From positions 1,162-65,161 of the forward strand of contig CAYHFQ010000004.1 of assembly GCA_964355955.1 (NCBI GenBank): a DNA stretch of 64,000 bases, written 5' to 3'. Below the pieces are notes generated by a model. The model did no database searches. It was not told the origin of the DNA and was given only the letters and a program-made list of their open reading frames with translations. Shown here piece after piece: positions 43,023 to 53,344 of this stretch. This DNA is from an uncultured Gammaproteobacteria bacterium (GTDB lineage Bacteria; Patescibacteriota; Patescibacteriia; UBA9934). Positions within the stretch are counted from its first letter, which is position 1, and each line of letters starts with the position of its first letter. The position numbers and the translations under genes are program-made.

Positions 43023-45095
43023 ATGGCTTGTCTCAGCCAAGAAATTTCCATGTTGCGCGGAGTCGGTGCGATTAAGGCGCGCGATTTTGCTAGGTTGGGT
43101 TTAAAGACGCTGGAAGAAGCGTTGTATGACTTTCCTTTTAGGTACGACGACTTGAGCAACGTCTTGGCGATTGCTGAGGTAAAAGCCGGCATGAAAGTGA
43201 CGGTACAGGGTCGGATTAGCACGATTGAGAACCGTAAAAGCACGCAATCACGACGGATGATGGTAACGGAGGCGATCGTGGAAGATGGTAGTGGCACGAT
43301 TAAAGCGACTTGGTTTCACCAAGGTTTTTTGACGAAAGTTTTGAAGCCGGGCGTGATTGTTTCTTTGGCTGGTAAAGTTGATGACCGTTACGGGTTGTCT
43401 TTAGTGAACCCGGCTTACGAGATAGTTGGTAAGTCTTCCACAACCAGTAATACTGGGCGAATTGTGCCGATTTATCGCTTGACTGGTGCATTGACGCAGA
43501 AGGCTCGTCGATTAGTCGCGGAGAAGGCGATCGTGTGCGTGCCGGAGGTGGCCGAATGGATGCCGGAATATATTAAGACGGATTTGCGTTTGCAACCGCT
43601 CGGCGCAGCACTCCGCGAAATGCATTTTCCAGAGTCGACGGAAACTAAGGATAAAGCGATTTATAGGTTGAAGTTTGACGAGTTCTTGTTGCACCAGTTA
43701 TTGCACGCCAAGTCACGTCGCGATTTGCAAAAGCAAAAAGCGCCGAAGATTGCTTTTAACGAACGTGAGGTGAAATCGGCGATTAGTGAACTGCCGTTTA
43801 CGTTGACGGGAGCGCAGAAGAAGGCGGTGTGGGCGATTATTAAGGACATGGACCGCACGGAGCCAATGAACCGTTTACTTGAAGGTGACGTAGGTAGCGG
43901 TAAAACGGCAGTGGCGGCACTCGTGGCTGTAAACGCAGCGGCTGATGGTTGGCAGACTTCCATGTTGGCCCCGACCGAAATTTTGGCTGAACAGCATGCC
44001 AAGACGTTGGAACGCTTGCTGGGGAGTCGCTTAAGGATTGCGCTTTACACGAGGACCAAACGCCGAATTCACGGTAAAGAGGTGACGAAGGAGGAATTGC
44101 TCAAGGCCTTGCGTAACGGCGAGGTTGATTTAGTGGTAGGTACTCATGCTCTGCTCACCGAGCAAGTTTTGTTCTTGCGTTTGGGATTGATTGTGGTCGA
44201 CGAACAGCACAGGTTCGGCGTGAAGCAACGTCAGGCTTTGAAGGACAAACAAGGGGATAAAGATGGTATCCCGCACTTGCTCTCCATGACGGCGACACCG
44301 ATTCCACGTTCATTGGCGTTGGTGGTTTATGGCGATTTGGACCGATCGTTGCTCGACGAATATCCAGCCGGACGTCAGCCGATTGATACGCATATTGTCG
44401 ACGTTGGTCGCGAGAATGAGGCTTATGCGAAGATGCGACTCGACATGGATAATGGCCGACAGGTTTTTGTGGTCTGTCCGTTGATTGAGGAGAGCGATGC
44501 ACTGGGTGTGCAGAGCGTGAATGAAGTATTTAGTAGTTTTAGTGAAGGTCCGTTTGCTGGTTACCGCTTGGCGATGTTGCACGGTAAGCTGAAGACTAAG
44601 GAAAAAGATGGTGTGATGCGCGCGTTTGCAGCTGGGGAGTTTGATATGTTGATTGCGACCACGGTTGTTGAAGTCGGCATTGACGTGCAGAACGCGACCA
44701 TTATGTACGTGGAAGGTGCGGAACGGTTTGGTTTGGCGCAGTTGCACCAGTTGCGTGGTCGAGTAGGACGTGGTGAGCACGGTAGTCATTGTTACTTGCA
44801 TGCCAGTGCAATGCTCTCGCCGATGGCTAAGGAACGTTTGTTGGCGCTTGTGAACAGCCAGGATGGCTTCGAGCTGGCGGAAGCTGACTTGCGCTTGCGT
44901 GGGCCAGGTGATGTGTTCGGTACACGGCAGAGTGGCTTTGAGGAGTTTAAGCTTGGCACGTATGCGGATATTGATGTGATCAGCAAGGCTAAGGATTTTG
45001 CTAAGGAGTTGTTGGACCAAGATATTGATCTCAAACAATATCCAAAACTACGCGAAAGGATGATGGCTTATGCGCAAGAAGTTCACTTTGAATAA
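43023..45095 (+). CDS. recG: ATP-dependent DNA helicase RecG
   Basis: OB-fold wedge, MNRLLEGDVGSGKT, DEQHRFG, MTATPIPR, QLHQLRGRVGRG, DLRLRGPG. Confidence 0.97.
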   Translation: MACLSQEISMLRGVGAIKARDFARLGLKTLEEALYDFPFRYDDLSNVLAIAEVKAGMKVTVQGRISTIENRKSTQSRRMMVTEAIVEDGSGTIKATWFHQGFLTKVLKPGVIVSLAGKVDDRYGLSLVNPAYEIVGKSSTTSNTGRIVPIYRLTGALTQKARRLVAEKAIVCVPEVAEWMPEYIKTDLRLQPLGAALREMHFPESTETKDKAIYRLKFDEFLLHQLLHAKSRRDLQKQKAPKIAFNEREVKSAISELPFTLTGAQKKAVWAIIKDMDRTEPMNRLLEGDVGSGKTAVAALVAVNAAADGWQTSMLAPTEILAEQHAKTLERLLGSRLRIALYTRTKRRIHGKEVTKEELLKALRNGEVDLVVGTHALLTEQVLFLRLGLIVVDEQHRFGVKQRQALKDKQGDKDGIPHLLSMTATPIPRSLALVVYGDLDRSLLDEYPAGRQPIDTHIVDVGRENEAYAKMRLDMDNGRQVFVVCPLIEESDALGVQSVNEVFSSFSEGPFAGYRLAMLHGKLKTKEKDGVMRAFAAGEFDMLIATTVVEVGIDVQNATIMYVEGAERFGLAQLHQLRGRVGRGEHGSHCYLHASAMLSPMAKERLLALVNSQDGFELAEADLRLRGPGDVFGTRQSGFEEFKLGTYADIDVISKAKDFAKELLDQDIDLKQYPKLRERMMAYAQEVHFE

Positions 45096-45220
45096 AAAAT
45101 CACCGAGTTGGCCTATTTTCGTCTCACAACTGCACAAATCTTTTTCAACTTAGCACCAACTAAGCTTCAAAATATTTGTTTGTTGTTCAACGAAACTAGT
45201 CTCAACTGGGTGGTTTTTTT
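45096..45220. repeat. Structured intergenic repeat family B, divergent copy 3 (possibly also a bidirectional terminator)
   Basis: AGTTGGCCTATTTTCGT...ACGAAACTAGTCTCAACT; inner stems changed but still paired; between convergent recG and radA. Confidence 0.78.
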
Positions 45221-45228
45221 AAATACAA

Positions 45229-46512
45229 TTATTTACTCAATACTTCGCTAATATTTTTTATTGTTTTGGGGGTGAGGAGAGTGTGACAACCGAGGCGTTC
45301 GGCTTCTTTGAGGCGGCGGTCCAAGAAGGGGACGGAGCGAATTTCACCGCCGAGACCAAGTTCTCCAATGACGACGGCGTCTTTGGGGAGGGCGACGTTT
45401 TTGATGGCGGAAAGAATGGCGGCAGCGACAGCTAGATCCGCGGCCTTCTCCGTAATCTTCATGCCGCCGACGACGTTAACGTAGACGTCCAAGTCGCCAG
45501 TGCGGGCGCCGCAGCGTTTGCTTAAAATGGCGAGGAGCATTTGCAGACGGCTGGCGTCGAAACCGCTGGTACGGCGAACGGGGTTGGCGAAGAGCGACTT
45601 GTCGACGAGGGCCTGAACTTCGAGCAGGAATGGCCGACTACCTTCCATGATGCAGGTAACGACGGAACCGGCGCCGGCGACACGCTCGGCTAAGAACTTG
45701 GCGGAGGGATTCTCCACAGCCATCATGCCGTTCTCGGTCATTTCGAAAACGCCAACTTCGTCTGTGCTGCCAAAACGGTTCTTGGTACTGCGGAGGATGC
45801 GGTAGGAGGAATCAGGGTCGCCTTCGAGCGTGAGGAGGGTGTCGACTAAATGCTCCATGGTTTTGGGGCCAGCAATGCCGCCATCTTTAGTGACTTGGCC
45901 GATGATGAGGACGGGCACGTTGCTGCTTTTGGCGTAGTTGATGAGTTCGCTCGTAGCAGCCCGGACGGCGTTTGGGGTGCCAGGGTAGGCCTCGAGACCG
46001 TCGACCATCATGGTCTGGATGGAGTCGATGATGAGGAGACTTGGTTTTTGAGTTTTGGCGGCCGCTAAAATACTGCCGATTTCTACGGCATTACTGAACA
46101 TGATGGATTCTGGGGGCAGGCCGAGGCGGTTAAAGCGCAAGAGAACTTGACCTTCGGATTCTTCGCCGGAGACGTAGTAAGTGAGACCAGGAATGGCGTG
46201 AGCCAGCTGAGCGACGAGGGTTGATTTACCAATACCAGGTTCGCCAGCGAGCAGAGTGACGGAACCGGCCACGAGGCCACCGGAGAGCACGCGGTCTAGT
46301 TCCGAGAGGCCACTTGGCGTGCGGCTGACTTGAGCCTTGCTGGCCGCGCTCAAGGCGAGGACGGGAGCTGGTTTGGCTTTGGTCGAAGTGAGACTCGGAG
46401 CTTTACCTGGTGCCGTACCGCCTTCTTCGCTTAACGTGCCCCAACCGCCGCATTCGGTGCAACGGCCTTGCCATTTACTGTATTGGTAGTCGCATTTTGA
46501 ACAGGAGAACAT
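45229..46512 (-). CDS. radA: DNA repair protein RadA/Sms
   Basis: Zn finger CSKC...CTEC, GEPGIGKST, IDSIQT, KNRFG, Lon-like C-terminus. Confidence 0.96.
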   Translation of the reverse strand: MFSCSKCDYQYSKWQGRCTECGGWGTLSEEGGTAPGKAPSLTSTKAKPAPVLALSAASKAQVSRTPSGLSELDRVLSGGLVAGSVTLLAGEPGIGKSTLVAQLAHAIPGLTYYVSGEESEGQVLLRFNRLGLPPESIMFSNAVEIGSILAAAKTQKPSLLIIDSIQTMMVDGLEAYPGTPNAVRAATSELINYAKSSNVPVLIIGQVTKDGGIAGPKTMEHLVDTLLTLEGDPDSSYRILRSTKNRFGSTDEVGVFEMTENGMMAVENPSAKFLAERVAGAGSVVTCIMEGSRPFLLEVQALVDKSLFANPVRRTSGFDASRLQMLLAILSKRCGARTGDLDVYVNVVGGMKITEKAADLAVAAAILSAIKNVALPKDAVVIGELGLGGEIRSVPFLDRRLKEAERLGCHTLLTPKTIKNISEVLSK

Positions 46513-46521
46513 AGTGGGGCA

Positions 46522-48021
46522 TTAACCGCAGGTGGTGGTGGGGCACATGGTGGTTGGCTTATTTTTAGGATCTGTAGCGATGTGACAGCAATGGTTTTTA
46601 TAGTCCCAGATAGAACAGGTAGAGTCTGGATTGTTTGTGCCGGTAGTGTGAGAGTTGGTATTAGTGGGACGACAACTTGTTTTGTCGACCTTGACCTTAT
46701 CTAGCTCAAAGTGCCAGGCTTCACTATCTAAGCGACAGAAACCATAGGCAGGATCGGTCATGGTTTTGGCTAGAGCGTCCATTTCCACTACGCTAGCACA
46801 GAAGCTGCCTGAATGGCCACTTTCTGGCCAGATGTCGACGGCAACGTTTGAAGTGTGAGGGCAGTTACTAGTTTTACTGTCAGCAATGAGAGCAGAGAGA
46901 ATTGTGCCGCGGTTGGTGGCGTTGGCGGTGAGTCCAATCAATGCACCTTTGAGGGTGAAGACACGGGGTTTAGAAGAACTACGATTAATGGTTGTTGAGC
47001 CATTCGTGTAGCCACTACCAGTTGGATCACAGGTGCCTGGATTGCAGATGCCGCCGTTAGCTAGACAGTTGTCATAAAAGAGGGACGCCTGTTTGTTAGT
47101 TGTGCGACTGGCGGAAGTGACGCGAATACCGGTGATGCCGAGGCTTGAACGGTAATTATTATAGTAGGCTGTGGCCGCAGAATTTAAGGCAGTCAAGACC
47201 TCGTTACCTATTTGACCATCGTCTCCGGTTTGATTGTTAATATGAGTACCAGTAACAGTGCTCAGACCGCCAGTGTAAGCAGTGCCCGCTGTGCCGCCTT
47301 GATCAAAGTCTTCTTCTGGTTCGTACAACTCAACTCGAGCAACGGATTCGATTTTGAGACTAGCAAAACTTGTGGTGGAAGGATCAATGAGATAGGCCAG
47401 GGTGTAGGCACACATTAGAAGGACCAGGCCGATGACGGCGTTTTTAATACGGTCTTTGGCTTTGGTTATGCCTTTGGGGTTGCCGCGAGCGAGGGTGTAT
47501 TGCAGGCCAGCGACCATGATCATGGTGACAGCTATAATACTACCAGAGACCATGAGGAGTTTGTAGATGGCATTAAGATAGGTAGCGAAGAAATTTACTT
47601 GAGTCTTGCCATTTATTATAGTTGGAGCAGTGAAGACAGCACCAACGTCGACGTTGAGAATAGGGATGACTGGACTTGGTTTTTCTTCGGCGGTTGAGGG
47701 AGGGGCGACGTAGGTGATGGGGCCAGCGACGTAGGTGATGGTAGTGGAGGGTGTGGCTTTGTTGGTGCAAGTAATAGAGTACTGAGTTTCACTAGAATAA
47801 TCTGTAGCGCAACTAGCTTGACAAGCAGTAGAATCGAGAGGCGCACTAAGAGCTACAGCACTCGGTTTAGTACCGCAATAACATTTGTAAGTTGCCGTGT
47901 TGCAAGTAGTGGCTAATTCTTGAGTGATGACGCTTCTGCTAGATTCGTCGCTGGCAGCAAAAACAAAAGTAGCAGGAATGAATAGGGCTAGCAGGAGGCT
48001 AAGTAAGAAAAAGCGACGCAT
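46522..48021 (-). CDS. VirB2/TrbC-like (CPR) pilin domain fused to an M15 (VanY-like D,D-carboxypeptidase) domain, Cys-rich
   Basis: Signal peptide; pilin block IMVAGLQY...GN...AKDRIKNAVIGLVL; SASRT..KQ, CPHTSNVAVDI, EAWHFE. Confidence 0.72.
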   Translation of the reverse strand: MRRFFLLSLLLALFIPATFVFAASDESSRSVITQELATTCNTATYKCYCGTKPSAVALSAPLDSTACQASCATDYSSETQYSITCTNKATPSTTITYVAGPITYVAPPSTAEEKPSPVIPILNVDVGAVFTAPTIINGKTQVNFFATYLNAIYKLLMVSGSIIAVTMIMVAGLQYTLARGNPKGITKAKDRIKNAVIGLVLLMCAYTLAYLIDPSTTSFASLKIESVARVELYEPEEDFDQGGTAGTAYTGGLSTVTGTHINNQTGDDGQIGNEVLTALNSAATAYYNNYRSSLGITGIRVTSASRTTNKQASLFYDNCLANGGICNPGTCDPTGSGYTNGSTTINRSSSKPRVFTLKGALIGLTANATNRGTILSALIADSKTSNCPHTSNVAVDIWPESGHSGSFCASVVEMDALAKTMTDPAYGFCRLDSEAWHFELDKVKVDKTSCRPTNTNSHTTGTNNPDSTCSIWDYKNHCCHIATDPKNKPTTMCPTTTCG

Positions 48022-48027
48022 ACAAGA

Positions 48028-48672
48028 TTAGCGAAGGGCAGCTTTAATAGCAGCATTGATGTCAGACTTTGCTAGAGTGCCGGTGAAGCGGGCACCGTTG
48101 ATGAAGATGGTTGGCGTAGCACTGATTTTGAGAGCAAGGCCTTCTTCGTAAGTGCGTTGGACCAGAGGAAGAGTGTCTTGTTTGGTTAGGCAGTTGGTGA
48201 GAGTCTCGGCTTTGAGGCCAAGTTGGGTGGCGAGGGTGGAATAGAGTTCAGTGCCGAGGCTGCCTTGATTGGCAAAGAGATTGTCGTGGTAAAGGAAGAA
48301 AATCGAAGAGTCTTGCTTAGCGGCACAGCGAGCGGCCATAGCGGCGTTGAGAGCTTCTGGGTGAGCGGAAGTATTAGGCATATCCTTCCAGATGATGCGG
48401 AGGTCGTTCGGGTAGATGTTGCTTAGTTCGGTTAGTGTGGAGTCGACGCTTTTGCAAGATGGGCAAGCGTAATCGCCAAAGTCGACGATGGTGACACGGG
48501 CGGTGGCGGGGCCGAGACTTGGATCCGCGATAGTTACTTCTGGGGCGCTGAGTGTGGGCAATTCGTCCGTGTAGGAGATGTGGTTTTTGGTTTGGATGGA
48601 TAAGAAGAAGAAAGCAAACATGGCAGCGGCCAGAAGTGTGATAGCGATGATTGCGTGCCAAAAATAGCGCAT
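48028..48672 (-). CDS. DsbA-family thiol-disulfide oxidoreductase
   Basis: N-terminal TM; DFGDYACPSC, AAMAARCA, ATPTIFING. Confidence 0.88.
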   Translation of the reverse strand: MRYFWHAIIAITLLAAAMFAFFFLSIQTKNHISYTDELPTLSAPEVTIADPSLGPATARVTIVDFGDYACPSCKSVDSTLTELSNIYPNDLRIIWKDMPNTSAHPEALNAAMAARCAAKQDSSIFFLYHDNLFANQGSLGTELYSTLATQLGLKAETLTNCLTKQDTLPLVQRTYEEGLALKISATPTIFINGARFTGTLAKSDINAAIKAALR

Positions 48673-48677
48673 ATTTT

Positions 48678-49901
48678 TTATTTAACGCGCATGGCACTTA
48701 GGAGGCCATTGCTATCTTGATAATATAAGGTTTTGCCGTCGCTTGAGAGAGAGAGATTTTGCATTTGCGTTTGGATGGCAGGGAAACCAACTAGGGTGAC
48801 TTTGCCGGATGGGACTTCCACTTTGTAAACATTGTCCATGGCAGTGGCTAGGGTGTGGTCGGCGCCATCACCGGCGGCGATGGTGCTTGGCGCGGCACAG
48901 TAAAGAGTGCTGGCATCGGCGTAAGTACACTTTTCTACCCAGGTACTCAGGTTGATCTTAACGCGAGCATCGCCATTGCGGTCTCCGCGACTGTCGGCGT
49001 ACCACAGGGCGGCGTTGTAGGTGTTGCTAGGATCGGCCACGGAATAGAGAAGGTGATTACCGTCAGGTGCCCAGATGGCACTGAAGTTGCTACCGTCGAC
49101 GATGAGTGCGCCGCTCGCTTGACCGTCGAGTCCAAGGAGATAGTATTGTTGACGACCAAAGCCTGATTGCACAGTACCAGTGCGGGAAAAAGCTACGACG
49201 TTGTTGCTTGGTGAGAGGTTGACGATTACCTTGCCAGCATTGTCACCGAGGGCAGCGATGACGCTAGTTTGTGAGCCGTCGGTGCTGGTCATGATTAGGG
49301 AGCGATTGCTGGCGTCATTACCGATGCTTTTAGCAGCAATGGCGTTGCCGTCGCTTGAGAAAGAGAAGTCAGTCCAGTGACTTGGCATACTGACTTGTTG
49401 GCCGGTAGTGAAGCCGTAAACGATGTTGCTACCGTCTGGGTATTCGAGGATGGCGCTGTCAGCGTTGTTAGAGAAGATGACGTTGCTGGCGGCAGGAAAC
49501 TGCTTGGGTGAAATAGCTGTGGCTGTACCTTGATCGGTGATGGTATAAAAGCGGCCATCGGCGGGGTCATAATAAGCGAGAGAGCCGCTTGCGGTGAGGG
49601 TGGGGGAGACGATGGCGCTGGTAGTGAGTTGACGAACGAGCGTTGAACCACCGTCGGCGATAGGGGATGGGGGCAGTGTGCCGGGACCGGTGGTACCGGG
49701 AGCTGCGGTGCCAGCACCTGGTAATTCACCAGCCGAACCAGCTCCGGTGAGACTACCGGTTGGTGTTCCTTGGCCGGTGGTGGTACCTGGGACGACAGCC
49801 GGAGTGCTGCGGAAGAAGGCGAAATAAAGTCCTAAGCCGATGAGACCCACGGCAAGAAGGAAGATTATTAGACGAAGGATGAGCTTGGCGCGATCAGACA
49901 T
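48678..49901 (-). CDS. Membrane-anchored TolB-like beta-propeller protein
   Basis: TM + Gly/Pro/Thr linker; repeated FSSDG, LSPS, WAPDG, LSSDG blade motifs. Confidence 0.68.
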   Translation of the reverse strand: MSDRAKLILRLIIFLLAVGLIGLGLYFAFFRSTPAVVPGTTTGQGTPTGSLTGAGSAGELPGAGTAAPGTTGPGTLPPSPIADGGSTLVRQLTTSAIVSPTLTASGSLAYYDPADGRFYTITDQGTATAISPKQFPAASNVIFSNNADSAILEYPDGSNIVYGFTTGQQVSMPSHWTDFSFSSDGNAIAAKSIGNDASNRSLIMTSTDGSQTSVIAALGDNAGKVIVNLSPSNNVVAFSRTGTVQSGFGRQQYYLLGLDGQASGALIVDGSNFSAIWAPDGNHLLYSVADPSNTYNAALWYADSRGDRNGDARVKINLSTWVEKCTYADASTLYCAAPSTIAAGDGADHTLATAMDNVYKVEVPSGKVTLVGFPAIQTQMQNLSLSSDGKTLYYQDSNGLLSAMRVK

Positions 49902-49910
49902 AGGGAGAAA

Positions 49911-50681
49911 TTAGAGAGCTGAGGCAATATGATAGAAAGTGTAGAGAATGGCTGCACCAGTAGTACCGATGACGGAAGCGATGATGATTGGTACTAGCAT
50001 AATGAGAGCTAGGCCGACTAGGCTCCAAAGTAGCACAAAGACGGCGTTGACTATCATGCCCCAGCCGACAATGGTTTTTTTATTGAAGCGTGGGGGTAGA
50101 GCCTTGCCTAAGCCACTGCTATCCATGTTATCGCCCACTTCATCCCAAAAAGTGATGAGGAGTTGATAAGCTGAGGTGACAGAAGCTAGGAGTAGAGCAA
50201 AACCACCGTCTTCACAGGGAGTGTCGCTATCACCGATGACGCCAGGGGCCGCGCCGTAAATTTCTTTGCCAGCTGATTCGATAGCTGAACTGGTTTGTTG
50301 GTCGGCTAAATTTCTGGTAGCTTCTTTGATTCGAGAAAGAGCGCGAACGGGGTCGTAGTCGTCGTTATCGACGTTGTCACGAATTTCATTTTGACTAACA
50401 GTCCAGGCATCATTATAGGCGTCGATGTTGGCTAAATCCTCTTCGCTTGGGTCATAATCAGTATTACCAACTGGAGTGTTGGTAGGCGGCTGAATGGCGA
50501 GACGAATGCGGTCGCGTTGTTGGGCGGCTTGGAGCATTTGTCCCCAGGAGCCGGTTGCTTCGGCGTTGATGGCTTGCTGTAAAGTTTTTGGAGCTAATTC
50601 GAAAGTACCGCCAGGTGGTTGTTGGCGGGCATTGCGGGCGGCAAATTGTGTTTGATTCCAAGTACCCAGGTTGGAGTCCAT
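49911..50681 (-). CDS. Hypothetical protein with C-terminal TM helices
   Basis: 256-aa ORF in operon context; TGTTATACT 10 nt upstream. Confidence 0.55.
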   Translation of the reverse strand: MDSNLGTWNQTQFAARNARQQPPGGTFELAPKTLQQAINAEATGSWGQMLQAAQQRDRIRLAIQPPTNTPVGNTDYDPSEEDLANIDAYNDAWTVSQNEIRDNVDNDDYDPVRALSRIKEATRNLADQQTSSAIESAGKEIYGAAPGVIGDSDTPCEDGGFALLLASVTSAYQLLITFWDEVGDNMDSSGLGKALPPRFNKKTIVGWGMIVNAVFVLLWSLVGLALIMLVPIIIASVIGTTGAAILYTFYHIASAL

Positions 50682-50705
50682 AGACCCCAGTAGTATAACA
50701 TGAAG

Positions 50706-53330
50706 TTACTTTTTTGTTTTGATTTTTTGTTTGTGGGTGGGGACTAAATGAGATATTTTTCTGGTGGTTTTGATGGTCGGGCGGATTTTATAGCGGGGCA
50801 TGGTAATCCCGCCTATTATGCGAAGAGAGATTGAGCCATTTTTGTCGAGCTCGACGAAGAATTTGTTAGCATTTGGTTGGTTGAGGATAAGGTCGGTTAG
50901 GGGATGTTCGATTAGTTCTTCCACTAAGTGGCGGACGTCGCGGGCACCCTGTTTGACGGAGACTCGGCTCGCGATGAAAGCGGCGATTGGTTTAGCGAAG
51001 TTGAGGGTGAGGTTTTGTTCTTGCAGACGTTGCTTGAGATTGTCGAGAGCCATGGTGGCGATGGTGGTGAAGTCGGACGTGTCGAGCGGACGGAAAAGAC
51101 AGGTGTGATCAATGCGATTTAATAATTCTGGGCGGAAGCTATCTTCGAGTAGTCCACGGATGTCTGTGGCGAGTTTTTGGTCGACGAGACTCTCGACATC
51201 GGTGAAACCAAGTCCAGCCTGGGTGAAGCGTTCGCGGCCGGCGTTCGTAGTCATGATGATGATGGTGTTGCGAAAGTTGACAGTGCGGCCGGTGGCGTCG
51301 GTTAACAAACCTTCGTCTAAAAGTTGGAGGAGGAGGTTGTGGACGTCGCCGTGAGCTTTTTCGAGTTCGTCAAAAAGGACCACGCTGTGGGGTTTGGCGC
51401 GAACGGCGTCGGTGAGCTTGGCGCCTTCACGGAAACCGACGTAGCCAGCGGGAGAGCCTAGGAGCTTGCTGACGGCGTAGCTTTCGGCAAATTCGCTCAT
51501 GTCGAGGCGGATGAGTGCTTGCTGGTCGTCAAAGTAATGGTTAGCAACGGCGCGGGCGAGTTCTGTTTTACCCACACCTGAGGGGCCGACAAAAAGGAAC
51601 GAGGCTAGCGGACGGTTGGGGCGATTGAGGCCTAATTTGGCACGTTTGAGGGCTTGCGTGACGCGAGCGGTGGCGCTCACTTGGCCGATGACTTGAGTTT
51701 GTAAGCGAGACTCGAGATTTTTGAGGGCGGTGGTTTGGTCGGTTGAGAGAGTGGTTAGGGGAATGCCGGTTAAGTGGGAAACGGCGCGCAAAATATCCTC
51801 GTGGTCAACCGTTTTAATAGGGGCTTTGAGATCTTTTTGATCAAGCTGATCGTATTCGAGGCGCAAGGCATCTTCGCGTTTTTTGAAGTCAGAGGCGGCC
51901 AGGAATTGTTCGCCCATGACGGCGTTGGCTTTGTTTAAGCGAGCCAGGGTGAGGGCGTCGGCGAGGCTGCGGCGCTTGAGGGTGGCGCGGGCAGCAACGT
52001 TGGTGAGCATGGCAGCGGCACCGGCTTCGTCGAGAATATCTACGGCTTTGTCCGGGAATTGTTTGCCGTGTAAGTAGCGCTCGGCCAGCTTGAGCGTGGT
52101 GTCGATAGCGGCTGGAGTGAATTTAACACGATGATAAGCCTCGTACTTGGGACGGAGGCCGTTAATGATGAGACGTGTTTCCGCCAGGGTTGGTTCCTTG
52201 ACGTTGATGGTTTGGAAGCGGCGTTCCAAGGCGGCGTCTGACTCAATGTGTTTTTTGAATTCGCTCCAGGTGGTGGCGCCAATACAGCGAATATCGCCCC
52301 GAGCTAAGGCGGGTTTGAGCATATTGGCCGCGTCGCCTGTACCGCCGGGGGAGCCAGCGCCGACGAGGTTGTGGATTTCGTCGATGAAAAGAATGATGTT
52401 CGGCTGCTCGGCTAGTTCTTCCAGAATTTCTTGCACGCGACTTTCAAAATCACCACGGTAGGTGGTGCCAGCGACGAGATTGGTGAGGTCCAAACGGAAG
52501 ATGCGTTTGTCGGCTAGAGCATCGGCTACTTTGCCGTTAACAATCATTTTAGCTAAACCTTCGACGATGGCGGTTTTACCAACGCCAGCTTCGCCGAGAA
52601 GAAGAGGATTATTTTTATTTTTGCGGAGAAGAATGCTGGCCAGGCGACTGACTTCCACTTCGCGACCAATGAGAGGATCGAAACGATCGGTCATTGCTTT
52701 CGTAGTAAGCTCGACGCCGAAGTATTCTAAAGCAGAAGTGGATGATTCGTGGTCACTTTCTTCGTTTAAGGCAGCTTCAGCTTCACGCAGAGCGCCTTCT
52801 AAATCTTCAAGATGACCTGCTTGATGAGAAGCGGCTCCGGGATTTCGTACGGCTGCTTTGTGCTTTTCAGGGAAAGTGGCGGTGGTGCGGAAGATGTTGC
52901 CGAGGGCGATGGTAATGGATTTTTCGGTAATGTTATGGTCGTGAAAGAAGTCACGAATATTAGGCTTCTCTAATTGCAGAAGACCGGACAAGAGGTGCTC
53001 GGTGCCGACGTAGCGATGCTCGAACATGGTGGCGGTAAGAACGGCTTTCTCGATGGCGTTTTTGGAGGCGGTTGAGAGGAGAGGAGTTGGTGCCGATTTG
53101 GCTGGTTTGGTAGGTACAGTAATGAAAGCACCGCCGAAAGCGCGTAACGAGTCTTCAGGGATCCCAGCTTTTTTCAGAATTTCACCGCCGATGGAGCCGG
53201 TTTCTGTGCCAATGGCCCAGAGTAAATGATGAGGTTCAATAATTTTGCCGTTTTGCTCGACGACTAAACAGAGTGCTCGGGTGAGCACGGTTTTGAGGTG
53301 GTTAGTAAATTTGTCGGTGACTTCGACCAT
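50706..53330 (-). CDS. clpC: ATP-dependent Clp protease ATP-binding subunit (ClpC-like)
   Basis: Clp-N repeats, GEAGVGKT, FIDEIH, DAALERRF, UVR-like middle domain, GPSGVGKT, LGF loop; start MVEVTDKFT at 53330. Confidence 0.9.
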   Translation of the reverse strand: MVEVTDKFTNHLKTVLTRALCLVVEQNGKIIEPHHLLWAIGTETGSIGGEILKKAGIPEDSLRAFGGAFITVPTKPAKSAPTPLLSTASKNAIEKAVLTATMFEHRYVGTEHLLSGLLQLEKPNIRDFFHDHNITEKSITIALGNIFRTTATFPEKHKAAVRNPGAASHQAGHLEDLEGALREAEAALNEESDHESSTSALEYFGVELTTKAMTDRFDPLIGREVEVSRLASILLRKNKNNPLLLGEAGVGKTAIVEGLAKMIVNGKVADALADKRIFRLDLTNLVAGTTYRGDFESRVQEILEELAEQPNIILFIDEIHNLVGAGSPGGTGDAANMLKPALARGDIRCIGATTWSEFKKHIESDAALERRFQTINVKEPTLAETRLIINGLRPKYEAYHRVKFTPAAIDTTLKLAERYLHGKQFPDKAVDILDEAGAAAMLTNVAARATLKRRSLADALTLARLNKANAVMGEQFLAASDFKKREDALRLEYDQLDQKDLKAPIKTVDHEDILRAVSHLTGIPLTTLSTDQTTALKNLESRLQTQVIGQVSATARVTQALKRAKLGLNRPNRPLASFLFVGPSGVGKTELARAVANHYFDDQQALIRLDMSEFAESYAVSKLLGSPAGYVGFREGAKLTDAVRAKPHSVVLFDELEKAHGDVHNLLLQLLDEGLLTDATGRTVNFRNTIIIMTTNAGRERFTQAGLGFTDVESLVDQKLATDIRGLLEDSFRPELLNRIDHTCLFRPLDTSDFTTIATMALDNLKQRLQEQNLTLNFAKPIAAFIASRVSVKQGARDVRHLVEELIEHPLTDLILNQPNANKFFVELDKNGSISLRIIGGITMPRYKIRPTIKTTRKISHLVPTHKQKIKTKK
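50792..50817. repeat. REP-like palindrome family X inside the clpC 3' end
   Basis: AGCGGGGCATGGTAATCCCGCCTATT, read as IGGITMPR on the minus strand. Confidence 0.78.
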
Positions 53331-53344
53331 ACTATTATTTATTT

